A stretch of 63,454 nucleotides of DNA, counting the filler. It is 5 parts of 5 records of this genome, joined end to end, with 100 filler letters (N's around TTAATTAATTAA, not from the genome) between each part and the next. Parts side by side here need not be neighbours in the genome. Positions count along the whole stretch, not along the records: positions 17,636 to 34,606 come from SRR20825019_309; positions 34,707 to 51,328 come from SRR20825019_312; 3 more parts are not named here. One strand, written 5' to 3'. Shown here one piece after another: positions 30,070 to 39,285 of the stretch. The position numbers were made by a program, and so were the translations under genes. The notes beneath the pieces are model-generated. The model searched no databases. It was given only the letters and a program-made list of their open reading frames with translations, and was not told the origin of the DNA. The stretch's first letter is position 1, and each line of letters opens with the position of its first letter.

Positions 30070-31860
30070 ATGCAAATCTACAACGCACCGATCAGGGATA
30101 TGCGCTTTGCCCTGCACGAGTTGAACGGCTTCGACGACTATGCCCACCTGCCGGGTTTCGAGGAGGTCACGCCCGATCTCGCCGACACCATACTGGAAGA
30201 AGCCGGCCGGTTCTGTACCGAAGTGCTGCTGCCGCTGAACGCCAGCGGCGACGCCGAGGGCTGCCGTCTTGAAAACGGCGTCGTCACCACGCCGAAGGGC
30301 TTCCCCGAGGCCTACAAGGCGTTTGCCGAAGGCGGCTGGACCGCGATTTCGGCCTCGCCGGAATGGGGCGGACAGGGTCTTCCCCAGCTTCTCAACAAAT
30401 GCGTCGAGGAGATGCACTGCGCCTCCAACCTCGCCTTCGGCCTCTATCCGGGGCTGACCCACGGGGCCTGCGAGGCAATCGAACATCACGCCAGCGACGC
30501 GCTGAAACAGCTCTATATGCCGAAGCTGGTGGAAGGCGTCTGGACCGGGACGATGTGCCTGACCGAGGCCCATTGCGGCACCGATCTCGGCCTGCTGCGC
30601 ACCCGCGCCGTGCCGCAGGATGACGGCTCCTGCAAGCTTACCGGCTCGAAGATCTTCATCTCCGCCGGCGACCATGACCTTGCCGAAAACATCATCCACC
30701 TTGTGCTTGCGCGGCTTCCCGATGCGCCGGAAGGCGTGAAGGGCATCAGCCTGTTTCTGGTGCCGAAATTCCTGCCCGACGCCGATGGCAGACCGGGTGC
30801 GCGCAACGGCGTTACCTGCGCCGGCATCGAGCACAAGATGGGCATCAAGGCCTCTGCCACCTGCCAGCTCGCCTTCGACGACGCCACCGGCTGGCTGGTC
30901 GGCGAGCCGCACAAGGGCATGCGCGCGATGTTCACGATGATGAACAGCGAACGGCTTTCGGTCGGCGTCCAGGGTATCGGCATCGCCGAGGCCGCCTATC
31001 AGGGCGCGGTGGCCTACGCGAAGGAACGGCTTCAGGGCCGCGCGCTTTCCGGGGCGAAACACCCCGAAAAACCAGCCGACCCGATCATCGTCCATCCCGA
31101 CGTGCGGCGGATGCTGATGACCATGCGGGCCTATGTCGAGGGCTGCCGGGCGGTCTGCGGCTGGGTGGCGCGCAATATCGATATCGCCAAGGCCCACCCC
31201 GACCCCGAGACCCGCCGCAAGGCCGAGGATTTCACCGCGCTGATGACGCCGGTGGTCAAGGCGCTGTTTACCGATCTCGGCTACGAATGCGCCAATCTCG
31301 GCATGCAGGTCTATGGCGGTCACGGCTTCATCCGCGACCACGGCATGGAGCAATATGTCCGCGACTGCCGGATTTCGATGATCTACGAGGGCACCAACGG
31401 CGTTCAGGCGCTCGATCTCGTGGGTCGCAAGATGCCGGCCCATGGCGGACGGCTGCTGAGATCGTTCTTCCACCCGGTTCATGCCGAACTGGAGGCCGCA
31501 TCCGCCGATCCGCGCCTTCGCGAACTGGCGGCGCCGCTTGCCAAGGCGTTCCAAGGGCTTCAGCTCTGCACAGGCGAGCTTGCCCAGAAGGGTCTGAAGG
31601 ACCCGGAGGAGGCCGGGGCTGCGGCAACCGACTATCTGCGTCTGTTCGGTCTGGTGGCGCTTGGCCATATCTGGCTGAAATCGGCGAAGACCGCTCACGC
31701 GGCGCTTGATGGCAATGCCGACGATCCCGAATTCTATCGCGCCAAGCTGGTCACCGCGCAGTTCTTCATGACCCGGCTTCTGCCGCAGGCAGCAGGCCTC
31801 GTCGCCACGATCCGCGCGGGCAAGGACAGCATGATGGCGCTCGACGAAGCCGCCTTCTGA
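30070..31860 (+). CDS. Acyl-CoA dehydrogenase
   Basis: GTMCLTE, KIFISAG, EHKMGIKAS, YAKERLQG, GGHGF, IYEGTNGVQALDL. Confidence 0.95.
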   Translation: MQIYNAPIRDMRFALHELNGFDDYAHLPGFEEVTPDLADTILEEAGRFCTEVLLPLNASGDAEGCRLENGVVTTPKGFPEAYKAFAEGGWTAISASPEWGGQGLPQLLNKCVEEMHCASNLAFGLYPGLTHGACEAIEHHASDALKQLYMPKLVEGVWTGTMCLTEAHCGTDLGLLRTRAVPQDDGSCKLTGSKIFISAGDHDLAENIIHLVLARLPDAPEGVKGISLFLVPKFLPDADGRPGARNGVTCAGIEHKMGIKASATCQLAFDDATGWLVGEPHKGMRAMFTMMNSERLSVGVQGIGIAEAAYQGAVAYAKERLQGRALSGAKHPEKPADPIIVHPDVRRMLMTMRAYVEGCRAVCGWVARNIDIAKAHPDPETRRKAEDFTALMTPVVKALFTDLGYECANLGMQVYGGHGFIRDHGMEQYVRDCRISMIYEGTNGVQALDLVGRKMPAHGGRLLRSFFHPVHAELEAASADPRLRELAAPLAKAFQGLQLCTGELAQKGLKDPEEAGAAATDYLRLFGLVALGHIWLKSAKTAHAALDGNADDPEFYRAKLVTAQFFMTRLLPQAAGLVATIRAGKDSMMALDEAAF

Positions 31861-31885
31861 CGGCTTCGATCAACCCGCCGGAACC

Positions 31886-32794
31886 TCAGTTCTCGCGTGA
31901 AGCCACGAAGCGGGCCGCGGCGATCAGTGTCGCGGCCCGCGCGCCGAACGGGGCAAGCAGGGCCTCGGCCTCTTCGACCAGTTCCGACAGCCGGCGCTCG
32001 GCCCAGGCCGTGCCGTGGAGCGATACCAGCGTGCCCTTGCCGCGCCCGGCGTCCTTGCCTGTCGCCTTGCCCATGGTTTCGGCGTCGGCTCTCAGATCGA
32101 GAAGGTCGTCGGCAAGCTGAAAGGCAAGGCCGATCACCGCGCCAAAACGGGCAAGCCGGGCGCGCTCGTCTGCGCCCGCACTGGCGATGATCGCGCCCGC
32201 TTCCGTTGCAAACCGGATCAGCGCGCCGGTCTTCATCGCCTGCAGGGTAACGATGCCGGCCTCATCCGGGGGCGTCTTCTCCGCGGCAAGATCGAGCGCC
32301 TGCCCCCCCGCCATGCCGCCAATGCCAGCGGCCCGCGACAGCGCGCCGACAAGCGCAAGGCGCGCGGTGGGGTCGAGCTCCGTCGCGTCATCGGCGATGA
32401 TATCGAAGGCAAGCGTCAGCAGGCTGTCGCCGGCGAGAATGGCGGCGGCCTCGTCGAACGCCTTGTGCACGGTCGGCCGACCGCGCCGCAGATCGTCGTC
32501 ATCCATGGCCGGCAGGTCGTCATGGATCAGCGAATAGCAATGGATGCATTCGAGCGCCGCGGCCACGCGCAGCGCCGCATCCTGCCGCCCGCCCAGAAGC
32601 CGCGTGCTCTCGATCACCAGAAACGGCCGGAAACGCTTTCCGCCATTCAGCACCCCGTGACGGATCGCCGCCATCAGCGCTTCGGGCCGCGCCGTTTCGC
32701 CCTCAAGCGGCTCTGGACCGAGCAGGCGATCGAGGCAGGCTTCGACATCCTGTCGGGCGCTGGCGAGGCGGTGGGTGAATTCGGCATCTGACAT
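31886..32794 (-). CDS. ispA: Geranyltranstransferase / FPP synthase
   Basis: GGKRFRP, SLIHDDLPAMDDDDLRRG, KTGAL, FQLADDLLD. Confidence 0.93.
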   Translation of the reverse strand: MSDAEFTHRLASARQDVEACLDRLLGPEPLEGETARPEALMAAIRHGVLNGGKRFRPFLVIESTRLLGGRQDAALRVAAALECIHCYSLIHDDLPAMDDDDLRRGRPTVHKAFDEAAAILAGDSLLTLAFDIIADDATELDPTARLALVGALSRAAGIGGMAGGQALDLAAEKTPPDEAGIVTLQAMKTGALIRFATEAGAIIASAGADERARLARFGAVIGLAFQLADDLLDLRADAETMGKATGKDAGRGKGTLVSLHGTAWAERRLSELVEEAEALLAPFGARAATLIAAARFVASREN

Positions 32795-32930
32795 GGGGCC
32801 ATGTCTTGGCATGCGGACGGGCAGCGTTCAAGCGGTTTCACGCACGGTTTCGCGAACGGCCGACCGCGCCTTTTCTTGGCGCCCGCTTCACGCTATGGAA
32901 GGGGCGGATTTCACGAAAGCCAATGAACCG

Positions 32931-33656
32931 ATGCGCGATGACGAGATGCCGGAAGACGATGAGGACGAGGCCCCGCGCCGTTCGCTTTTTCGCCGGCTGA
33001 TCCGCTACGCTTTGATCGCCGTCATCGTCATCGTGGTTCTGCCCTATCTGCTGCTGCCGCTCTACCGGCCATCCTTCGTCCACCCCATCTCGGTGCCGAT
33101 GCTGACAGGGCTTTTTAGCGGCTACGACCGGCAATGGGTGCCGTTCGACGCGATCGCGCCGGTGCTGGTGCAATCGGTGATGATGTCGGAGGACGGGCAG
33201 TTCTGCAATCATGACGGCGTCGACTGGGGCGAGTACAAGGCCGTGGTCGAGGATGCGCTGGCCGGGAAATCCGTGCGCGGGGCCAGCACCATACCGATGC
33301 AGACGGTGAAAAACCTCTATCTCTGGAACAGCCGCTCCTATCTGCGCAAGGCGCTCGAACTGCCGCTGGCGATTGCCGCCGACATTGTCTGGCCCAAGCG
33401 GCGGATCATGGAAATCTATCTCAACATCGCCCAATGGGGGCCGGAAACCTTCGGCATCGAGGCGGCAGCACGCGAACAGTTCGGCGTGTCAGCGGCCAGT
33501 CTCAATGCCGGCCAGGCGGCGCTGCTTGCCGTCTCGCTGCCCGATCCGGTGGGCCGGCAGGCGGCAGCGCCAAGCCGCCATATGCGCAATCTCGCGGCAC
33601 GGGTGGAACGGCTGGCATCGCGCTCGGGCAGTTATATAAGCTGCCTTTATGATTGA
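32931..33656 (+). CDS. mtgA: Monofunctional peptidoglycan transglycosylase
   Basis: N-terminal TM helix, SEDGQFCNHDGVD, RGASTIPMQTVKNL, RKALE, EIYLNIAQWG; start uncertain. Confidence 0.92.
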   Translation: MRDDEMPEDDEDEAPRRSLFRRLIRYALIAVIVIVVLPYLLLPLYRPSFVHPISVPMLTGLFSGYDRQWVPFDAIAPVLVQSVMMSEDGQFCNHDGVDWGEYKAVVEDALAGKSVRGASTIPMQTVKNLYLWNSRSYLRKALELPLAIAADIVWPKRRIMEIYLNIAQWGPETFGIEAAAREQFGVSAASLNAGQAALLAVSLPDPVGRQAAAPSRHMRNLAARVERLASRSGSYISCLYD

Positions 33657-33731
33657 CATTCGACATTATTGTTGGTGCCGGACACCGAAATCGGGTTAAC
33701 TCCCGCGCAAACGGGATCGGAAGGGTGAGGC

Positions 33732-34379
33732 ATGAGCGATCTGACGCTTTATATCGGCAACAAGAAATATTCCTCATGGTCGCTCAGACCTTGGCTGGCG
33801 ATGGAAGCCGTTGGAATTCCGTTCAAGGAAGTGCTGATCCCGTTTGATTTCCCCGCCGGCAATCCGCGTTTCCGCGAGGTCTCGCCGGTCGGCCAGGTGC
33901 CGGTGCTGCATCACGGCAACTTCCGGGTCTGGGAATCGCTCGCGATCATCGAATATGTCGCCGAGCTCTACCCCGAGGCCCAGCTCTGGCCCGACGACAG
34001 GATCGAACGGGCGGCGGCGCGCGCCATCTCGGCTGAAATGCATGCAGGCTTCCGGGCGCTGCGCGGCGCCTGCCCGATGAATTTCGGCCGCAAGCCCGCC
34101 CCTCTTGCGGTGAATGACGCCGTCAGGGCCGATGTCCGCCGCATCGAAACGCTGTGGGCCGATGCGCTCGAGACCTCCGGCGGGCCGTTCCTGTTCGGCA
34201 GTTTTTCAGGAGCAGATGCGATGTATGCGCCGGTGGTCAACCGGTTCGAGATCTATGAACTGACCGATAGTGTGACATCGGCGGCCTATATGAACGCGAT
34301 CAGAAGCCTGCCGGCGTTCCAGCGCTGGCGTGATGGCGCGCTTGCCGAAAGCTGGGTGGTTCCCGAAGACGAAGTCTGA
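33732..34379 (+). CDS. Glutathione S-transferase family protein
   Basis: YSSWSLRPWL, GQVPVL, WESLAIIEY, ADAMYAPV. Confidence 0.92.
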   Translation: MSDLTLYIGNKKYSSWSLRPWLAMEAVGIPFKEVLIPFDFPAGNPRFREVSPVGQVPVLHHGNFRVWESLAIIEYVAELYPEAQLWPDDRIERAAARAISAEMHAGFRALRGACPMNFGRKPAPLAVNDAVRADVRRIETLWADALETSGGPFLFGSFSGADAMYAPVVNRFEIYELTDSVTSAAYMNAIRSLPAFQRWRDGALAESWVVPEDEV

Positions 34380-34578
34380 GCCGGGTTTCCGTCAAGTGTC
34401 CGCCGGGCTTCCGCCTGACTTCCGCCCGACTTCCGCATGAGTCAAAAAAATGCCGGGGGGACTGGTCAAACCTCCGTTTGCCCTGTATAAGCGCGCCAAA
34501 TTTCAAGAATTCTAAGGGCGATCTTGCGGTGGTTTCACCCGCCGATGATTGAGCCTTGCCCCAAATGGAGTAGTTCCA

Positions 34579-34606
34579 ATGGCTGTACCGAAAAGAAAAA
34601 CGACCC
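34579..34606 (+). CDS. rpmF: 50S ribosomal protein L32, first 9 codons (truncated)
   Basis: GGAG RBS then MAVPKRKTT; rpmF commonly lies near mtgA/ispA in rhizobia. Confidence 0.85.
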
Positions 34607-34706
34607 NNNNNNNNNNNNNNNNNNNNNNNNNNNNNNNNNNNNNNNNNNNNTTAATTAATTAANNNNNNNNNNNNNNNNNNNNNNNNNNNNNNNNNNNNNN
34701 NNNNNN
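34607..34706. other. Artificial contig linker
   Basis: N-run + TTAATTAATTAA + N-run. Confidence 0.98.
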
Positions 34707-34742
34707 TAAGTCTAGCGTGTCTACCAATTTCACCACATCCGC
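34707..34742 (-). tRNA. tRNA-Leu, 5' half (truncated; anticodon TA[G/A], probably TAG)
   Basis: Reverse complement GCGGATGTGGTGAAATTGGTAGACACGCTAGACTTA gives acceptor strand, D-arm and anticodon stem; cut by the linker. Confidence 0.88.
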
Positions 34743-34802
34743 AATAATTTCCCTCTAGCAAAAGTTACGTTTAACTCTCTTTGTATTCCTAGAATTGGGA
34801 GG

Positions 34803-34810
34803 CAAAGATA
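34803..34810 (-). promoter_or_regulatory. Bacteroidota -7 promoter element upstream of tRNA-Leu
   Basis: TATCTTTG on the minus strand matches TAnnTTTG. Confidence 0.6.
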
Positions 34811-34990
34811 TGACTATTTTGAATAAATGAAAACGTTTCGCGAAAAAGTTTTTCAATCCATCACTTCTCGGTCGAAATAACTTCATCATCGCTCGGTAAA
34901 TTGGGTGTTTCACTTCTGTAAATTGTTACCAACTTTCAAATATGTGGATAAGTCCTTTGCCTCTGAATGGATAAATAATGGATTTCACCT

Positions 34991-34998
34991 TACCTTTG
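34991..34998 (+). promoter_or_regulatory. Bacteroidota -7 promoter element
   Basis: TACCTTTG ending 18 nt before ATG 35017, supporting that start. Confidence 0.6.
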
Positions 34999-35016
34999 TC
35001 GCTATCATTTTTGAGT

Positions 35017-35913
35017 ATGTTGACAATAGATCCTAAAGAAATTCCTGTTCCGAAATTGCATCACTATTTACTGGGTGCGGTTGGTCCACGTCCGATTGCC
35101 TTTGCATCGACCGTAGATGAAAATGGGAACGATAATTTAGCACCATTTAGTTTCTTCAATGTTTTCAGTGCGAATCCTCCGATTTTAATTTTCTCTCCTG
35201 CGAGAAGCGGACGAACGAATGAAACAAAAGACACGTACAAAAATGTGAAAAGCGTCCCTGAAGTCGTTGTGAACATTGTGAATCATTCAATTGTTGAACA
35301 AATGAGCTTGACAAGTTCACCTTATGCGCATGGCGTAAGTGAGTTTGAAAAAGCCGGATTTACAGCACTCGCATCAGAAACTATTCGTCCAAAACGCGTC
35401 GCAGAATCACCAGTTCAATTCGAATGTAAAGTAATCGAAGTGAAAGAATTGGGTACGGAAGGTGGTGCAGGAAACCTTGTTATTTGCGAAATTCTTCGAA
35501 TTCATATTCACGAAGGTGTTTTGGATGATTCGCAAATGATCGATCAGCAAAAAATTGATCTCGTAGCACGAATGGGCGGAAATTGGTATTGCAGAGCGGA
35601 CAAGAATTCTATGTTTGAAATCACTAAACCAATAACAACCATTGGCGTTGGATTTGATCAACTTCCTGATGATTTGAAGCACAGCAATGTCCTAACAGGA
35701 AATGATCTTGGAAAGCTTGCAGGAATCGAAGAAATTCCAAATGAAACGGATGTAAACGAATACAAACTCTTGGAATTGAGCGATTTATTTGTTTCCTTAG
35801 AGGATGATGCAGCGAAGTTAGAAATTGAACTTCACAAGCGCGCAAAAGAACTATTAATAGAAAACAAACTAGACGAAGCTTGGATGACCTTGCTTGCGTT
35901 TAATAACGGATAA
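35017..35913 (+). CDS. Flavin reductase-like (DIM6/NTAB) protein
   Basis: VGPRPIAFAST, NLAPFSFFN, KDTYKN, SEFEKAG, ESPVQFECK, VARMGGNWY. Confidence 0.9.
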   Translation: MLTIDPKEIPVPKLHHYLLGAVGPRPIAFASTVDENGNDNLAPFSFFNVFSANPPILIFSPARSGRTNETKDTYKNVKSVPEVVVNIVNHSIVEQMSLTSSPYAHGVSEFEKAGFTALASETIRPKRVAESPVQFECKVIEVKELGTEGGAGNLVICEILRIHIHEGVLDDSQMIDQQKIDLVARMGGNWYCRADKNSMFEITKPITTIGVGFDQLPDDLKHSNVLTGNDLGKLAGIEEIPNETDVNEYKLLELSDLFVSLEDDAAKLEIELHKRAKELLIENKLDEAWMTLLAFNNG

Positions 35914-35936
35914 TTAACTACAACAAATAAAAAAGT

Positions 35937-36320
35937 ATGTTTAAATTAACAGGAACGGTGAAGGTGGTGATGGACACTGTACAGGTTACAGAAAAATTCT
36001 CAAAGCGTGAATTCGTTATCAATGATGCATCAAGTATGTATCCACAAGACATTATTTTTCAAGCGGCACAAGATAAGTGTGCAATGCTAGACGGATTTCA
36101 ACCAGGTGAGCAAGTAGAAGTTTCTTTCAACCTACGTGGTCGTGAGTGGACTAGCCCACAAGGTGAAGTACGTTATTTTAATACGCTTGATGCTTGGAGA
36201 ATTGAGAAAATGGGACAAGGAATGCCACAAACTGGACCTTCTGACATGAATTTAGATCCAATACCAGCAGCACAATCTGGAGGAACAGATAGCGAAGATG
36301 ACGACGATCTTCCGTTCTAA
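35937..36320 (+). CDS. DUF3127-family protein with SSB-like acidic tail
   Basis: FSKREFV, YPQ, VSFNLRGREW, YFNTLDAWRI, C-terminal DDDDLPF. Confidence 0.85.
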   Translation: MFKLTGTVKVVMDTVQVTEKFSKREFVINDASSMYPQDIIFQAAQDKCAMLDGFQPGEQVEVSFNLRGREWTSPQGEVRYFNTLDAWRIEKMGQGMPQTGPSDMNLDPIPAAQSGGTDSEDDDDLPF

Positions 36321-36340
36321 AGAAAATCAATTATGATTTG

Positions 36341-36373
36341 AAACTCCTCAAGTAATTTTGAGGAGTTTTTTTT
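36341..36373 (+). terminator. Rho-independent terminator
   Basis: AAACTCCTCAA / TTGAGGAGTTT inverted repeat followed by a T-run, 20 nt after the stop codon. Confidence 0.85.
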
Positions 36374-36428
36374 GTCAAAAAATTAAATCTATGGAAGAAT
36401 AACTAATTTAGCTACAGATAAAAGAATT

Positions 36429-37055
36429 ATGTCTCTTCTGTACGAAACGTTTGTTCAGCTTATAAGTAATTACACTACAAACAGTGCTAAAATCGATGAG
36501 TTATGGACAGAGATTGAGCGCAAACATTCCTCTAAAAAGCGTTTTTATCACGATTTATCTCATTTAGAAAATATGCTTTTCCAACTTCAAAAGGTGAAAT
36601 CTGAAATTCAGGATTGGGATGCCGTTATTTTTGCGTTGTATTATCACGATAGTGTTTACAACGCAAAAAAGTCGAACAATGAAGAGAAAAGTACGGCACT
36701 TGCAAAAAAGCGAATGACTGAACTCCTGGTTCCTGAAAAAACAATTGTTCGTTGTGAAAAACACATCTTGACTACCAAAAAACACGTTAACGACACGGAT
36801 CAAGACACCAATTATTTTTTGGACGCAGATTTATCTATTCTCGGTCTAGACTGGGAAACCTATTTTGAATACTCCAAAAATGTTCGGAAAGAATATTCGA
36901 TTTATCCAGACATTCTTTACATACCTGGAAGAAAAAAAGTACTCACTCATTTTCTCGAAATGGACCACATTTTCAAGACTCCTTTCTTTCAATTCGAATA
37001 CGAACAAGCCGCCAAAAACAATTTAGAAAGAGAGCTTTCCATTCTTAATGGCTAA
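36429..37055 (+). CDS. Predicted HD-superfamily metal-dependent phosphohydrolase
   Basis: RFYHDLSH, YYHDSVY, NEEKS, FLDADLSILG, VRKEY. Confidence 0.85.
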   Translation: MSLLYETFVQLISNYTTNSAKIDELWTEIERKHSSKKRFYHDLSHLENMLFQLQKVKSEIQDWDAVIFALYYHDSVYNAKKSNNEEKSTALAKKRMTELLVPEKTIVRCEKHILTTKKHVNDTDQDTNYFLDADLSILGLDWETYFEYSKNVRKEYSIYPDILYIPGRKKVLTHFLEMDHIFKTPFFQFEYEQAAKNNLERELSILNG

Positions 37056-37146
37056 GTTCCAAACCCAAAATAAGGTTTCATAAACCTACCTTTTCGCTTC
37101 TTTTACGTCTCTTAACTAGTCAACAAACTATTTTTTTCAATTTCCC

Positions 37147-37154
37147 TATCTTTG
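37147..37154 (+). promoter_or_regulatory. Bacteroidota -7 promoter element
   Basis: TATCTTTG ending 19 nt before ATG 37174. Confidence 0.6.
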
Positions 37155-37173
37155 GGAAATGTAATCGACTATT

Positions 37174-37665
37174 ATGCTGAGATTTATCCTATTCACCTTC
37201 CTCGTTCACCTTCAATTTCTTGGAACCGCACAATCTGTGATTTCCACATCGGGTGATTACTCTCTTGGATCGCAAGGAAGCTTATCTTGGACGATCGGAG
37301 AACCAATTACAGAAACAGTCGGAACGGCAAACGGAACTTTAACTCAAGGTTTTCAGCAGTATTACGACAAATTTCTATCTACGTCAGAAACCATCCTCGA
37401 AGGTTCCCTCACCATTTTTCCGAATCCTTTTGAAAATGAAATAATGCTCCAAACAAACAGTTTTGGAAACGAATATAACGTGGTTATTTACGATGCTCAA
37501 TTAAAAGAGGTAAAATCTGTCGACGTTTCGCTTTCGAATGGAGTAGAAACATATACCATAGATCTCACGAACCTCAGTGCAGGGGCGTACTTTTTAACCA
37601 TTGAAAATGCCACGCTTCAACTTCGCGCTACTAGACAAATCATTAAGCTCAACGAAAAACAATAA
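37174..37665 (+). CDS. Small secreted protein with T9SS type A C-terminal sorting domain
   Basis: Signal peptide ending TA-Q; SLSWTIGE..TLTQGFQQ N-domain; CTD motifs IFPNP, IYD, IDLTNLSAGAYFL, IIK. Confidence 0.85.
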   Translation: MLRFILFTFLVHLQFLGTAQSVISTSGDYSLGSQGSLSWTIGEPITETVGTANGTLTQGFQQYYDKFLSTSETILEGSLTIFPNPFENEIMLQTNSFGNEYNVVIYDAQLKEVKSVDVSLSNGVETYTIDLTNLSAGAYFLTIENATLQLRATRQIIKLNEKQ

Positions 37666-37669
37666 GTAC

Positions 37670-39214
37670 ATGAAACTATTAATTGCAATTCTTTTCCTAC
37701 CATTCATTGGGTTTTCGCAAGCACCAAATCAATTCAAATATCAATCGATTGCAAGATCTACTTCTGGCGATGCGATGGTTTCTGTGCCTGTTTCGCTTAG
37801 AATTAGCATTCGCGATTTGACGTCTGCTGGAACAATCGTTTTCCAAGAAACACATGCGACCACTACAAATGAATTTGGATTATTCTCGTTGAATATTGGA
37901 GGCGGAACTGCAACCATCGGCTCAATGACGCTTGTAGATTGGGGAAATGGCGCAAAATTCGTTGAAATTGAAGCGGATTTAAGTGGAGGAACTAACTATC
38001 AACCTTATGGTACATCGGAATTATTGAGTGTTCCCTACGCGATTTATGCCACTACTTCCGGAACTCCAATTCTTCCAAATGGAACAGCGATCGGAAATAC
38101 CACTTATTGGGATGGAACCGAATGGGTTGTATCATCTGGAAATTTATTTCACGACGGAACCCGCGTTGGAATCGGAACAACTACACCAATCCAAAAACTC
38201 TCCGTTCAGGGAAACATTAACATTCCTACGGACAGCAGTTACAGAATCAATAATGATCGAATTCTTTCTACCCGTGGTACAAGCAATTTGTTTGTCGGGC
38301 AATATGCAGGATCTTCGAACACGCTTGGTTTCACGAATTCGTTTTTAGGTTACAATTCTGGATTCAGCAATACGGTAGGAACGCAGAACACCTTTCTCGG
38401 AGCGGAATCAGGTATGGCCAATTTATTCGGTGGAATGAACTCGTTTTTTGGAAGACGAGCGGGATTCTCCAATTTTGAAGGAAACGAGAATACTTTCATT
38501 GGAGCCTATGCAGGTCAGAACAATACTTCGGGGCAACACAACTCGTTTGTTGGTGTAACTACAGGAAATGACAACGTAGATGGAAATGAAAATTCGTTCT
38601 ACGGTGCGCACGCCGGCTATTTCAACGCCAATGGGAGCTTTAACACATTTGTAGGGAATTTTGCTGGGGAAAATAATATTGGAGGAAATTTCAATACACT
38701 TCTTGGATTTGAAGCCGACGTAACCAACGGAAGTTACTCAAACTCAATGGCTCTTGGATCTGGAGCTTTAGTAAACGCCAGTAACAGTGTAGTGGTTGGG
38801 AATACCTCTGTGACCAGTATTGGTGGACAAGTAGGCTGGAGTACACTTTCTGATGGAAGATTAAAAAAAGACGTAGTCGCAAATAATCTGGGACTAAATT
38901 TCATTAATCGTTTAGAAACTGTTTCGTATGAATATAAAGCTGAAGGACAGCAAGGAATTCGATATTCTGGGTTAATTGCCCAAGATGTTGAATCTATTTT
39001 AAATGAACTTGGAGTAGATTTTAGTGGAATCGTTCGTCCGAAAACAGAAAATGATTTCTACTCTATTCGTTATGGCGAATTTGTTGTACCGCTCATAAAA
39101 GCTGTTCAGGAGCAAACAACTGAAATCGAACAATTGAAAAAAGAGAATGAATTATTGGAGGAACGGATGCGCATTTTAGAACAAAAAATGAATGAAATTC
39201 TAGAAAAAAAATAA
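37670..39214 (+). CDS. Secreted fibre-like protein with 17-aa repeats and C-terminal intramolecular chaperone (peptidase S74-like) domain
   Basis: Signal peptide, then QAPNQFKYQSIAR...LLSVPYAIYA domain, RVGIGTTTP, Asn/Gly repeats, SDGRLKKD, GLIAQDV, IRYGEFVVPLIKAVQE and a coiled coil; start ATG 37670. Confidence 0.85.
   Translation: MKLLIAILFLPFIGFSQAPNQFKYQSIARSTSGDAMVSVPVSLRISIRDLTSAGTIVFQETHATTTNEFGLFSLNIGGGTATIGSMTLVDWGNGAKFVEIEADLSGGTNYQPYGTSELLSVPYAIYATTSGTPILPNGTAIGNTTYWDGTEWVVSSGNLFHDGTRVGIGTTTPIQKLSVQGNINIPTDSSYRINNDRILSTRGTSNLFVGQYAGSSNTLGFTNSFLGYNSGFSNTVGTQNTFLGAESGMANLFGGMNSFFGRRAGFSNFEGNENTFIGAYAGQNNTSGQHNSFVGVTTGNDNVDGNENSFYGAHAGYFNANGSFNTFVGNFAGENNIGGNFNTLLGFEADVTNGSYSNSMALGSGALVNASNSVVVGNTSVTSIGGQVGWSTLSDGRLKKDVVANNLGLNFINRLETVSYEYKAEGQQGIRYSGLIAQDVESILNELGVDFSGIVRPKTENDFYSIRYGEFVVPLIKAVQEQTTEIEQLKKENELLEERMRILEQKMNEILEKK
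38285..38692 (+). repeat. Eight tandem degenerate 51-bp (17-aa) coding repeats, N[STL]FxGxx[AST]GxxNxxGxx
   Basis: NLFVGQYAGSSNTLGFT / NSFLGYNSGFSNTVGTQ / NTFLGAESGMANLFGGM / NSFFGRRAGFSNFEGNE / NTFIGAYAGQNNTSGQH / NSFVGVTTGNDNVDGNE / NSFYGAHAGYFNANGSF / NTFVGNFAGENNIGGNF; 408 nt = 8 x 51. Confidence 0.9.
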
Positions 39215-39285
39215 ACGGATACAACTTAAACAAAAGTTTATTCGTCTAGAATACAACAACGTACATCAACCTAAAAATACTTCAC

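Noticed and set aside
27675..31698. Very long antisense ORFs (798 aa and 566 aa) opposite the beta-oxidation genes
   Set aside because: Shadow ORFs expected from high-GC codon bias, with no motifs. The same applies to most overlapping ORFs in 17636-34606 and 57996-63454.
38285..38692. 51-bp periodicity as a CRISPR-like array
   Set aside because: The repeats are conserved at the amino-acid level, degenerate in DNA and lie in frame within a CDS.
37670..39214. Tail-fibre-like gene as evidence of a prophage
   Set aside because: It has a Sec signal peptide and T9SS neighbours, and there are no capsid, terminase, integrase or baseplate genes.
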